Shown here one piece after another: positions 40,582 through 50,006 of a stretch of 64,000 bases of DNA (positions are counted from its first letter, which is position 1; the number at the start of each line of letters is the position of its first letter). The notes beneath the pieces are model-generated. The model worked only from the letters and a program-made list of their open reading frames with translations, searched no databases and was not told the origin of the DNA. A program made the translations under genes and the position numbers. The DNA is from a candidate division WOR-3 bacterium (GTDB lineage: Bacteria; Hydrothermota; Hydrothermia; LBFQ01). The stretch covers positions 23,627 through 87,626 of the forward strand of contig JALUCS010000097.1 in the NCBI GenBank assembly GCA_027050205.1, given 5' to 3'.

Positions 40582-42231
40582 ATGATTTGGGTAATCGCGG
40601 CTTTGCCCAACATGCAGGTTATAAACCTGCACAGCGCTCCCCGTATGAGGGTGGCGAAGGGCCTTATGGAGCATCTAGAGGCCCGCAAGAGGATAGACAC
40701 GAGGGTGCCCAAGACGGTTGGCTCCTCGTCCTACACCCCCTTCACCCTGAGCGAGGTCTTCGGCGATACCGCCCCCAACCAGTACACCCTTTGGGGGAGC
40801 AGCCACCGTTCCCTCTACAGGCACGGCGATACGCTCTGTGTGGCTTACAGGCGTACAGATACCCGTGGAAGCGGGTACATAGCCGTAGCCTTCTCCTTTG
40901 ACAACGGCGCTACCTGGACCGTGCGCGAGGATATAAACGAGGCGGCCGGTCTCCTTGATGCTGGTGGCCGTTATCCTAACTGCGTGGGCTTCTACAACGG
41001 TGACCCCGTCGTAACCTGGCCCGAGCTCACGGCCGGTCCAGCCTGGGGTGCTGCATGCGTAGCCGTTGCCTCTACTTCCCCTTACGGTTTCTGTACTGAT
41101 CCTTCTTACCAGACCTATCACACCTTCGCCTGGCCTATAGATGCCAACACCTACGCCGTTATCGGTTTCACATCTAACGACGATATAATCTACTATACCT
41201 ATGACCTCTCCACAGCCACGGCGAGCTCCGTTCAGATAATCCGCAACTCCGGGACGGGTGAAGGTGTGTATATGTATGACATAGGTCGCTATCAGGCCGA
41301 CGCTTACGTCTACGGCTACAGCTACGCCGATTCTGGGGACGTTATCTTCAGGATACAGGGCGACGGTACGGTCACCCCTGCAGCCTATCCCGTCTATTAC
41401 GGTTTCGTTACGCCTTCTGACACGATAATGTACATCTTTGATGCCAACCTCTCTATAGATCTGGACGGTAATCCGTGGGTGGTTTACATGGCGAAGGATA
41501 CCCTTAATAACGCCGGAAGTGGTATAGGCCACGTTATGCTGTTCAATCAGGCCGAGGATACGTCCGGTGCCACGGCAAGGGCGCTCTACATCCCCGATCC
41601 CTCCGATCCTTACAGGGCATTCCGTAAGAATCCTATGTACAGGCCGACTTTGGCTTTTGGGCCTGACAACAATACCATCCTCGCAACGGTCCTCGTATTC
41701 TCTGACTCCGCCAACTACGGATGTCCGACCGTGACCGGTAGCTCTGCTCCTCCCACCGAGCTCGTGGCCTTCGCTTCCACGGACGGGGGTGCCAACTGGT
41801 TCCCTGCGGACGGTGACCTCATAGGTGACGATGCTACCGCCGACGTGATGGAGGACCTGTACCTCCTCAACTTCTATCCCACCAACGGGTACTACGTCTA
41901 TCCCGGCGGCGACGTGTGTGTCGTTTATCTCACTCCTCTTGACGGCACCACCCAGCTATACTGTAATGCTGCGGAGGAGAACGGTGTGGCTCAGGCCCTC
42001 ATCCACGTCTCCTGCGGCCAGGCCGTTGGCGTAGCCGAGAAGCCCGCTAAGAGCGGTGCCATCACCACCGTCTCCGTCCTCAAGGGCGGCGTTGAGGTCA
42101 GCGGTCCCGCCTCCATCTACGACGCCAAGGGCGCCCTCGTCGCCACGACCAAGGGTGGCTTCGTCTCCCTTGATAGGGGCGTCTACTTCGTCAAGACCGG
42201 AAACCGCGTGAGCAAGGTGGTGGTCAGGTAA
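40582..42231 (+). CDS. Asp-box (BNR) beta-propeller protein with short T9SS-like C-terminal domain
   Basis: SFDNGATW, STDGGANW; GVAE..IYDAKG..GVYFVK..KVVVR. RBS spacing favours ATG 40582 over 40576. Confidence 0.82.
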   Translation: MIWVIAALPNMQVINLHSAPRMRVAKGLMEHLEARKRIDTRVPKTVGSSSYTPFTLSEVFGDTAPNQYTLWGSSHRSLYRHGDTLCVAYRRTDTRGSGYIAVAFSFDNGATWTVREDINEAAGLLDAGGRYPNCVGFYNGDPVVTWPELTAGPAWGAACVAVASTSPYGFCTDPSYQTYHTFAWPIDANTYAVIGFTSNDDIIYYTYDLSTATASSVQIIRNSGTGEGVYMYDIGRYQADAYVYGYSYADSGDVIFRIQGDGTVTPAAYPVYYGFVTPSDTIMYIFDANLSIDLDGNPWVVYMAKDTLNNAGSGIGHVMLFNQAEDTSGATARALYIPDPSDPYRAFRKNPMYRPTLAFGPDNNTILATVLVFSDSANYGCPTVTGSSAPPTELVAFASTDGGANWFPADGDLIGDDATADVMEDLYLLNFYPTNGYYVYPGGDVCVVYLTPLDGTTQLYCNAAEENGVAQALIHVSCGQAVGVAEKPAKSGAITTVSVLKGGVEVSGPASIYDAKGALVATTKGGFVSLDRGVYFVKTGNRVSKVVVR

Positions 42232-42249
42232 GAACCTGACCCCTCATTT

Positions 42250-42279
42250 ACGCCCCGCCGTACGGCGGGGCGTTTTTTT
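42250..42279 (+). terminator. Intrinsic terminator of the TonB operon
   Basis: ACGCCCCGCC-GTAC-GGCGGGGCGT plus T tract. Confidence 0.9.
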
Positions 42280-44248
42280 ATCTGACGTCAAGCGACCCCG
42301 GAACCCTTACAACGAAGGCGTTCCCCTCCTTAACGTCCCCGAAGACCCTCTTTTCGCCCTTGAGGGTGCCGGTGTCCCCCGCGATGCCGGCGACGAACAC
42401 GTACCCCCTGGGTCCTACGGCTAAAGCGCGGGTCTCTGCTCCTCCCCTCGGTGAGAGCAGGACGGTGGCCAAGTGCCGGGAGAGGTCGCTGCTCAACTTA
42501 CTGACGAACGGGTAGGGGGGACCTATGTCGGGAGGTTCCACCATAAACCACTGCGTTATCCCGGCGACGAAGACGTTCCCGCTGTCATCTACGGCGATTG
42601 CGTAAGCGAAGTTGTGTTTCTTGTGGGAGAGCGCCGCCGTAGCCAAGAGTTTAAGGTCCTCGGTGAATTTGGCCACGAAAACGTAGAAAACGTACATCTT
42701 GAAGGGATTTCCCACGACGACCCTCAACTTCGGTAATCTGATGGAAGGGTTGCCTATAGTCCCGGCGATGAATACGTCCCCGTTGGAATCTACGGCGATG
42801 GACGGAATTGACCAAAGGAAGGGAACTAAGGGCAGAAACACTGTGGATGTGAGGCTGTCTAAGCCGTTGGACAACCTACCGACGAAGTAAGACGAAATTT
42901 TGTGGTGCGGGAATAGGTTGAGAACCTTGATAATTTTGCCGTCCGGGTCAAACTCCTCGGAAGACAATGTAAAGCCGGTGATATAGACGTCTCCCTTCGG
43001 GCCTACGGCTACGGACCTGGACAAGTCCAACCCCTCCGACCCCAGTACGGCCGTGGCGATGACTTCGGTTAGGTCGTTGGTTAGCTTACTGACGAAGATG
43101 TCGTCTCTTCCGGGCGAACCGAAGACCACCATGTTCGTCGCGAAGTCCTCGTAGTGCTTAGTTATGCCTAACGCAAAAACGTTCCCATCGCCGTCCATAG
43201 ATAGGGACTCCACCCTGTCCCCCCTGCTTGAGGCGAGTATTACCGTGGAGATGTGCCGGTTCAGGTCCCCGCTCAACTTACTGACGAAGGCATCCGTTCC
43301 ACCCCCCGGTTTACCGAAGACCTTCCTGCTCGGTGCGAACCCGTAGTAATCCTGCGTCCATCCCGCAACGAACACCTCCCCGCTGCGGCTCACGAGGACG
43401 GCCCTCGCTCCATCGCTCGCCTCCGATCCCAGTACGGCCGTGGCGATGTGTTCCGTAAGGTCGTTGCTCAACTTACTGACGAAGGCGTCAAAGTAGTAGG
43501 GGAAGGTGGAGCCGAAGACCTTCGCATTCGGTGCGAAGTCATCGTAAAGGGCGGTCTCGCCAGCGACGAAGACGTAGCCGTCGGGTGATACGGCTACAGA
43601 TGTGGCCGCGTCTACGCTACTGGAGGCCAGTATCGCCGCAACTATCGGGTCAATAACGAGGGTGTGCCTCCTGTCGTACTCCCCGACTGCAAACTTGAGG
43701 GTGTTTCCTGAAAGTACGGGTCTGACCTCAACCTCCTCCGCCCCCTGATAGGCCTTGAGACCGCTTATCTTCACAACCTTCTTACCATCCTTGACGATAT
43801 AGAGGCCATCCCCCTCCACTTTCATATCTCCATCCGTCTCAACCCTTATCTGTTCCGGATCCCCACCGGGGCGGACGATGAACTGGAGTTCAACGACCCC
43901 CCTGCCGTCGGCCGTCAGGACGGCGTCTATCTTCGGATAGACTTCCTTCAGGACGACCCGCCTGTACGTCGGTACGTTGCTTATGGCCTTCCCTTGGCCG
44001 AAGTAGGAGACCTTCGTCTTCAGGGGCATATCGCCCGTTATGAACCTCGGTTTCGTCCCGAAGGATACCCTTACGCCGTTGATGTGGATGGTGCCGTCCT
44101 TGAGGACGTAGGCCGTCGTCGGGTGCATAGAGTAGAAGACCACCTCGTTGGGCAGCTGGCCGACGTTCTGGACGAAGAGCATACGGAGGCCCTCACCGTA
44201 AAGCCCAACAAGCTCCGGCGATACGGACATCTGGATCAGGAGGAACAT
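42278..44248 (-). CDS. SBBP-repeat beta-propeller protein
   Basis: FVQNVGQ, VYPKID, FIVRPGGDP, LVIDP, repeated VFVAGxT and DAFVSKL. Start ATG 44248, 6 nt after TATAAT. Confidence 0.88.
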   Translation of the reverse strand: MFLLIQMSVSPELVGLYGEGLRMLFVQNVGQLPNEVVFYSMHPTTAYVLKDGTIHINGVRVSFGTKPRFITGDMPLKTKVSYFGQGKAISNVPTYRRVVLKEVYPKIDAVLTADGRGVVELQFIVRPGGDPEQIRVETDGDMKVEGDGLYIVKDGKKVVKISGLKAYQGAEEVEVRPVLSGNTLKFAVGEYDRRHTLVIDPIVAAILASSSVDAATSVAVSPDGYVFVAGETALYDDFAPNAKVFGSTFPYYFDAFVSKLSNDLTEHIATAVLGSEASDGARAVLVSRSGEVFVAGWTQDYYGFAPSRKVFGKPGGGTDAFVSKLSGDLNRHISTVILASSRGDRVESLSMDGDGNVFALGITKHYEDFATNMVVFGSPGRDDIFVSKLTNDLTEVIATAVLGSEGLDLSRSVAVGPKGDVYITGFTLSSEEFDPDGKIIKVLNLFPHHKISSYFVGRLSNGLDSLTSTVFLPLVPFLWSIPSIAVDSNGDVFIAGTIGNPSIRLPKLRVVVGNPFKMYVFYVFVAKFTEDLKLLATAALSHKKHNFAYAIAVDDSGNVFVAGITQWFMVEPPDIGPPYPFVSKLSSDLSRHLATVLLSPRGGAETRALAVGPRGYVFVAGIAGDTGTLKGEKRVFGDVKEGNAFVVRVPGSLDVR

Positions 44249-44286
44249 TGGACGATTATAGAGCCGGAAGTTGGGCCGTGGTGCGA

Positions 44287-45375
44287 TTAACGGTGCTTTT
44301 CCTCCAAAGCCGAGGCGAAAGTGGTCGCCCACCTGTCGGGTGTGGCCAACTCCTCTACCCTCTTACGGGCGTAGGAGACGAGGTCCTCCCTCCTGCGTGG
44401 GTCTTTGAGATGCTCAACCTTACGGGCTATCTCCCCCACATCACCAACGGGGAAGATGGCGTACGGTGGTAGGAAGTCCTTGGCACCCACACCGGAGGAG
44501 ACAAGAACCGCAACGGAGGACAGGACGGCCTCAACTACGACGAAGCCGAAAACCTCCCAACGGGAGGGGAGGACGAGGAGGTCGTACCTCCGGTAAAGGT
44601 TCGGCATCTCCTCGTAAGGGCGGCTTCTTAGGAAACGGACCCTGCCTCCGAGTCCCAACCTCTCGGAAAGATCCTTCAGTTCATCCATAAGCGGGCCTTC
44701 CCCTACGATGTCAAGGGCCACCCCCCCGACCCCGGTAAGGGCGAAGAGGAGATCCGGAATCCTTTTGACCTTTATCAGGCGGCCGACGAACAGGAGGGAT
44801 AGGCACCTACCCCTGTGCCTCTTATCGTACCGGAACCTGTCCGCCTTGAAGGCCGTATGCGCCACCATCACCCTCTTAGCACCGAGCCGACGGGCGTGTT
44901 CCGCCGCCAAGGTCGTAGCCGCCACCACTACATCGGCGTTGGAGAAGAGGAGGAACCGGATGGGGATGCGGTAGGGTACCCCCCACCATCCCCCGAAGGT
45001 TAAGGATGGGGCGCCACTCCACAGGACGTAAGGCACCCCCTCACCGACCGACCTCAAGGCCAGGAGCAACTCCGAAGGTGTCAGACCACCGCTGATGACC
45101 ACCTTCCTGAAGTGCCGCAACGGGGGTAGGCGGGTCGGGAGGAAGGCGTAGCCCTCGTCGGCGGCGAAGCCGATGGAGGTCTTCACCCTGCGGGTCTCCA
45201 TTATCTCGTACCGGAAGTTGGCCCTCCTTAGGGTCCTCTCCCAACCCTTTCGCTTGGGGACGGACTTGGCGTAGAAGAAGAAGACTATCCGACCCGACAG
45301 GATTTCACTCAAACGGTTAAACAGGTCCACCTTTTGAGGGGTGGGGAAGTTCGTAAAGAAGGCGTACTCCCTCAC
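44287..45375 (-). CDS. Glycosyltransferase family 4
   Basis: LFVGRL..KR, IVGEGP, LPSRWEVFGFVVVEA. Confidence 0.9.
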   Translation of the reverse strand: MREYAFFTNFPTPQKVDLFNRLSEILSGRIVFFFYAKSVPKRKGWERTLRRANFRYEIMETRRVKTSIGFAADEGYAFLPTRLPPLRHFRKVVISGGLTPSELLLALRSVGEGVPYVLWSGAPSLTFGGWWGVPYRIPIRFLLFSNADVVVAATTLAAEHARRLGAKRVMVAHTAFKADRFRYDKRHRGRCLSLLFVGRLIKVKRIPDLLFALTGVGGVALDIVGEGPLMDELKDLSERLGLGGRVRFLRSRPYEEMPNLYRRYDLLVLPSRWEVFGFVVVEAVLSSVAVLVSSGVGAKDFLPPYAIFPVGDVGEIARKVEHLKDPRRREDLVSYARKRVEELATPDRWATTFASALEEKHR

Positions 45376-45752
45376 TTACCCTGTTGGGGCGTAGGTTGGG
45401 TGGGCTTGGCCGGGGCCACCGCACCACCCTGGGCGGGTGGAGCCTGACGCTGAAGCTCCTGTAGGACCTTATAGACCGTCCCCTTGCCCGCCTCACGGGC
45501 AACGACGGAGGTTGAGGCCGTACCCGCCCCCGACATCATAGACAGGATGAAGGCCATGACCCCGAAGGCTACGCCGAGTCCGATGGTCAGGTTGGTAAAG
45601 AAGGTGGGAGCCGTCTTCACCCCTATGACGTTCTCAACCCCCCCACCGAAGGCTATACCGAGACCGCCCCCCGTCCGAGGCTCCTGAATGAGTACAACGA
45701 CAATCATCACGAGGACGAGGAGGATGTATAAAACGATAAGGGCCACGTACAT
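45372..45752 (-). CDS. secG: Preprotein translocase subunit SecG
   Basis: TM-VLIQEP..GGLG.AFGGG..FFTNLT-TM pattern. Confidence 0.9.
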   Translation of the reverse strand: MYVALIVLYILLVLVMIVVVLIQEPRTGGGLGIAFGGGVENVIGVKTAPTFFTNLTIGLGVAFGVMAFILSMMSGAGTASTSVVAREAGKGTVYKVLQELQRQAPPAQGGAVAPAKPTQPTPQQGK

Positions 45753-45758
45753 AGAGGA

Positions 45759-46406
45759 CTATTCTAAGGGTGGAGAGGGAGGCTTTCCCGTCTGGCCGGC
45801 GATGGCGTGGAGGAGGAACGCCAGGAGCAGTAAGGGCAAAAGCCGCCAATCCCCTTTGGCCTTCGGTAGAGGGACCACTACGTCCAACTTTCTATCGGGG
45901 TCGTAGGGACCGTCCCCCACCAGTCTAAGGGCCGAGAACCCCGGAATCCTAGCCACCCTTAGGGACCCCGCCATCACCGTTGAAGGAAGGGAGGAGTCGG
46001 GCGAGAGTAGGAGGACCTCTACGTAGTCTATGGGTACCGGAAAGTCCCCGTTCAGGACGTTCAGGCGGAGGGTTCCCCTTCTGGGATAGAGGCGGTAGAA
46101 GAGGGTTATCCTGTGCCTTCCTGGAGGGAGGCAGCCCTCCCCCAAGGTTATGAGGGTGGCGGTGTCGGTGGTGGTGTGGGAGATGGGCATAGGCCGGGTG
46201 TTGTCGTAGGCTCGGAGGGGTTCAACCTCCCCAGAGGAAGCGGGTACGGCTCTCCGGAGCGGGCCTCCCAACCTCTTACCGGCGACGATCAGGGAGTAGT
46301 CTTCCCGGACCTCTACGGGGTATCCGAGTCTCACTATACTCCTGCGGTAGGTCATCCTCTCGGAGTAGGGGGCGGTGTCGCAGGCGAAGGAGAGGAGTAG
46401 AAGCAC
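45759..46406 (-). CDS. DUF2207-like membrane protein (short)
   Basis: ITLGE..LPPGRH.ITLFY, LNVLNGDFPVPIDYV; C-terminal hydrophobic helix. Confidence 0.6.
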   Translation of the reverse strand: MLLLLSFACDTAPYSERMTYRRSIVRLGYPVEVREDYSLIVAGKRLGGPLRRAVPASSGEVEPLRAYDNTRPMPISHTTTDTATLITLGEGCLPPGRHRITLFYRLYPRRGTLRLNVLNGDFPVPIDYVEVLLLSPDSSLPSTVMAGSLRVARIPGFSALRLVGDGPYDPDRKLDVVVPLPKAKGDWRLLPLLLLAFLLHAIAGQTGKPPSPPLE

Positions 46407-46407
46407 G

Positions 46408-47172
46408 TCAGTAAAGCTCCGGTCTCCTGTCCTTTAGGACGTTTATGCTCTCTCTTGCCGACTTCACCTCTTCGGTTTCTATCTCCACCACCCCTACGGC
46501 CTCCCGTTTGCCCAGCGTAAGGAGTACCTCGCCGGAGGGGGAAATCACGGCGGAGTTCCCACCGTAGGTTATGCCGTTCTCCTCCCCGACCCGGTTGGTT
46601 CCGACTACGAATATACCGTTCTCGGCGGCACGGGATACGAGGAGGGACCTCCACACCTCCACCCTGACCAACGGCCACTGGGCGGGGACGAATACCACCT
46701 CGGCACCGGAGAGGGCGAGCTTACGGAAGGCCTCCGGAAACCTTAGGTCGTAGCATATCTGCAGCCCCGCCTTTACGCCCCCGAAGGCCACGAAAGCCCC
46801 TATCTTATCCCCGGCCGCAAACATCTCCCCTTCCCTTAAGGGTAAAAAGAGGTGGACCTTGTCGTAGTAGGAGGCTATCCTCCCGTCCCTATCTATCACC
46901 ACGGCCGTATTCCTGACCCTCCCGTCCTCGTCCCTCCGGGCGAAGGAGAAGACGAAGGCCACCCCTTTATCTTCGGCCAGTTCCCTCAACCTCGTTATGG
47001 TCTCCCCTCTAAAGCTCTCCGCCTTACCTACGGGGTCCTTGTAGCCCGTAGTGAGAAGCTCCGGTAGTACGTAGATGTGCGCCCGGAAGTCCCGGACGCT
47101 ACTTTCTACCTTTCTTAGGACTTCCTCCCTCGTCGTCGTGTCTAACTGCACGAGAGCTATCCTTAACCTCAC
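46408..47172 (-). CDS. Carbon-nitrogen hydrolase (nitrilase/amidase) family
   Basis: VLPEL, YDKVHLF and ICYDLRFPE carry the catalytic triad. Confidence 0.93.
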   Translation of the reverse strand: MRLRIALVQLDTTTREEVLRKVESSVRDFRAHIYVLPELLTTGYKDPVGKAESFRGETITRLRELAEDKGVAFVFSFARRDEDGRVRNTAVVIDRDGRIASYYDKVHLFLPLREGEMFAAGDKIGAFVAFGGVKAGLQICYDLRFPEAFRKLALSGAEVVFVPAQWPLVRVEVWRSLLVSRAAENGIFVVGTNRVGEENGITYGGNSAVISPSGEVLLTLGKREAVGVVEIETEEVKSARESINVLKDRRPELY

Positions 47173-47350
47173 GGCTTACCCCCTTTTTCAAAAGCACCAT
47201 ATCGGTTTTATACACCGTTATGGCCGCCCTTATCCGTCCCATCTCGGCCTCCAACCTCCTCAACTCCGCGTAGTTGTACAGGAAGGTGATAAGGCTGAAG
47301 AGGAACCACAGGATGGCGATGGCGTACCCGAAGGCTACTATCCACCTCAT
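47099..47350 (-). CDS. Small TM plus coiled-coil protein (FtsB/FtsL-like architecture)
   Basis: ATG 47350 overlaps the pyrR stop; TM helix then YAELRRLEAEMGRI. Overlaps the next gene by 74 nt. Confidence 0.55.
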   Translation of the reverse strand: MRWIVAFGYAIAILWFLFSLITFLYNYAELRRLEAEMGRIRAAITVYKTDMVLLKKGVSREVKDSSRAVRHDDEGGSPKKGRK

Positions 47351-47880
47351 CGCTCTACTATCAGAACCCTCGGTGCGGGTACGTCGTCCGTTTCGGGACA
47401 TTGGACTTTCACTATCTGTCTCTCCGTCGTGGTTATGGCCTTACCGACGATATCGGCGTGTATGGGCAGCTCCCTCCACCCCCTGTCTATCAAGACGGCC
47501 AACTTCACCACCTTGGGCCTCCCGAACTCAAATATCTGGTCCAGGGCCGCTCTGACCGTTCTACCCGTGTAGAGGACGTCGTCCACTAAGAGTACCCTTC
47601 GGTCGTCTAAGGAGAACGGGAGGTTCGTACCCTTCACCTTCGGAGCCTCGGAGACGAGGGAGAGGTCGTCCCGGTAGAAGGTTATGTCCACCTCACCGAG
47701 CTGGACGTCGTAGCCGGAGAAGGCTTTGAGGTTCTCCTTTAACCTCCGGGCCAAGGGGACCCCGCGGGTCTTTATACCTACGATGATGAGGTTCTCCAGA
47801 TCCTCAAACTCCTCCCAGACCTGAAGGGCCATCCGTTTTAGGGTGCGGTTTATCTGCTCCTCGTTCATCAGGACGTACAT
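47347..47880 (-). CDS. pyrR: Bifunctional pyr regulator/uracil phosphoribosyltransferase
   Basis: GIKTRG, DITFYRDD, LVDDVLYTGRTVRAAL, DRGWRELPIHAD. Confidence 0.95.
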   Translation of the reverse strand: MYVLMNEEQINRTLKRMALQVWEEFEDLENLIIVGIKTRGVPLARRLKENLKAFSGYDVQLGEVDITFYRDDLSLVSEAPKVKGTNLPFSLDDRRVLLVDDVLYTGRTVRAALDQIFEFGRPKVVKLAVLIDRGWRELPIHADIVGKAITTTERQIVKVQCPETDDVPAPRVLIVER

Positions 47881-48512
47881 AGGCGGTATTTTACGGAGGA
47901 CTGGCGTAGTTTCCCGTATCCGGCATTAAGCCAGTAGAGGGATCCCTATCCGCTGTCGGGGGTCCCGTTCGCCATCGGACGGAAGGCGAACGTATTTTTA
48001 AAATCTGAAACTTACCCTTTAGAAAATCGCTAATACCTATTTAGGAAATATAAAGGCTTACTTTCGTAAACTGAAAGCCCATTTTAAAATTCCACTTCCC
48101 CGTTTGATAGGGCTACGGAGCAATCCCCACCCCATCAGCGTAATGCGATACGGGGAATGATCTTAGAGGATGTATCACACTATCCGCCAATACTCATCCG
48201 ACAACTCCTCAAATCGTACCGTCGCACATTCCAACGTATTTGGGTGTAAGTTAGGCACCTGCTCGTGCGATCGGTCCTATGACGACTGAAAGGAGAGGGA
48301 TAAGCGTTCGGTGATGCACTTTCAAAATCCGCAATTATGACTTCAAGGAACTGAAAGTCGTACTTCAAGAAATCGTAAGTTACACTTAAGAATTCTTGAT
48401 CTCCCCATTAACAGACTTTGAACACATCGCATACCCACCGTCTGCCGAATACCCGCCTACGTCCCCTCGGAGGTTGGCCACCACCCTATCCCTCCCTTAA
48501 AATCTCCGTACG

Positions 48513-49196
48513 ATGTGGAACTTCCTCGCGGCTATTCTCCTACCCTCTTCAAAGTACGCCGTAGGGTTCAGCGGACTCTGGTTTGACTTCGGGGGAGAGG
48601 TTGCCAACTTCCAACACGGGTATGGCCGTTTTATCTTGGAGGATGATGGGGAAGGGGTGCTATTCTCCAAGGGGAAGGCCGCACTATTCGGATGGGGGGT
48701 AAAGGGAGGGGTGTTGCTCCGTTTCGGTCCCCGTCCTGTCTTCGTTGGCTTGGGGGTATCTCACTACGTCGGTTCGGGTGGTACGACCTACAGAGGAGCG
48801 AAGTGGACCGACTTTAGGGGGAGGCATATAGTTAGGGCTAGCTGGGGGTTGCTTCCTTGGAAGGCGTCCGTCTCTACCCTGCGGCTCTCCGTCGGTTATA
48901 TAGTCAGGCTATCTTCCAACGTTCTATGGGTCGGGGTTTCCCCCGGACGTATGTCCCTCTCTATGAATCTGGACTGGGATCTCCTAGAGGAATACGACGG
49001 CCTGTTCATCGGTGCCTTTGCGACACTTTACCGCCGATACCGTCCTTTCTTCTTGGGAATTTCGCTCTCTTACGATTTCCTACCGGATTTGAGGCGACGG
49101 ACCAAGAATATATACGGTTTTTTCCCCGACCGTCTGATGGGGAACTCCAATCTGGGGATAGGCTTCAAGGTGAAGTACCTGTGGGTGATGATGTGA
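48513..49196 (+). CDS. Hypothetical protein, possibly an outer-membrane beta-barrel
   Basis: Gly/aromatic-rich alternating strands; TAAAAT 9 nt upstream. Confidence 0.6.
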   Translation: MWNFLAAILLPSSKYAVGFSGLWFDFGGEVANFQHGYGRFILEDDGEGVLFSKGKAALFGWGVKGGVLLRFGPRPVFVGLGVSHYVGSGGTTYRGAKWTDFRGRHIVRASWGLLPWKASVSTLRLSVGYIVRLSSNVLWVGVSPGRMSLSMNLDWDLLEEYDGLFIGAFATLYRRYRPFFLGISLSYDFLPDLRRRTKNIYGFFPDRLMGNSNLGIGFKVKYLWVMM

Positions 49197-49265
49197 GGAG
49201 AACCAACGCAGATATGCCGGAAAACCCGTCCTCTACGGGGCCTTCGGCGGTAAAATCACCACCCT

Positions 49266-50006
49266 ATGAAGGTACTGGTATTCATAAAACGTACCCCTGA
49301 CACCGCAGCCGTCGTCAAACCCACGGCCGACGGCAAGGACATAGTCAGGGACGGCCTCGCCTTTATCATCAACCCCTACGACGAGTTCGCCGTGCAGGAG
49401 GCCGTGAACGTAAAGGCGGCCAAGGGTGGTGAGACCGTAGTTATGACGGTGGGGGACGACGCCTCCACCGAGCAGCTCCGCCGCGCCCTCGCCATGGGCA
49501 TAGACAGGGCTATACTGGTCAAGCACGATAGGTTCTGGGAGCTGAACCCCTCGCAGGTCGGGTACGCCATAGCAGAGATAGCGAAGAAGGAGAAACCCGA
49601 CCTCATCCTTATGGGGAAGGTCACCATAGACGACTACACCTACGCCCTCGCCGGGTACGTCGCCCAGGCCCTCGGCTACAACCTCGTCACCTACGCCACC
49701 AAGATAGAGTACGGCGACACCTCCATGAAGGTGGAGAGGGAGAGCGACCTCGGTAAAGAGACGTGGGAGGTACCCTATCCCGCCGTCATCAGCGCCGAGA
49801 AGGGCCTGAACGAGCCGAAGATCCCCAGCGTTATGGGGATAATGAAGGCCAAAAAGAAGCCCCTTGACGTCGTGGAGATGGAGCTGCCGTCCTACACCTA
49901 CGAGATCGTGCAATTCACCCCGCCGCCTCCGAGGAAGGGAGTCAAGCTCCTTGAGAGCGTAGACGACCTCATAAGGGTTCTCAAAGAGGAGGTGAAGATA
50001 CTATGA
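49266..50006 (+). CDS. etfB: Electron transfer flavoprotein beta subunit
   Basis: KRTPD, INPYDEFAV, ALAMG.D, NEPKIPS..GIMKAKKK. Confidence 0.96.
   Translation: MKVLVFIKRTPDTAAVVKPTADGKDIVRDGLAFIINPYDEFAVQEAVNVKAAKGGETVVMTVGDDASTEQLRRALAMGIDRAILVKHDRFWELNPSQVGYAIAEIAKKEKPDLILMGKVTIDDYTYALAGYVAQALGYNLVTYATKIEYGDTSMKVERESDLGKETWEVPYPAVISAEKGLNEPKIPSVMGIMKAKKKPLDVVEMELPSYTYEIVQFTPPPPRKGVKLLESVDDLIRVLKEEVKIL

Noticed and set aside
42483..43490. Repeated GCTCAACTTACTGACGAA blocks
   Set aside because: They encode the FVSKLS repeats of the SBBP propeller and are not a separate element.
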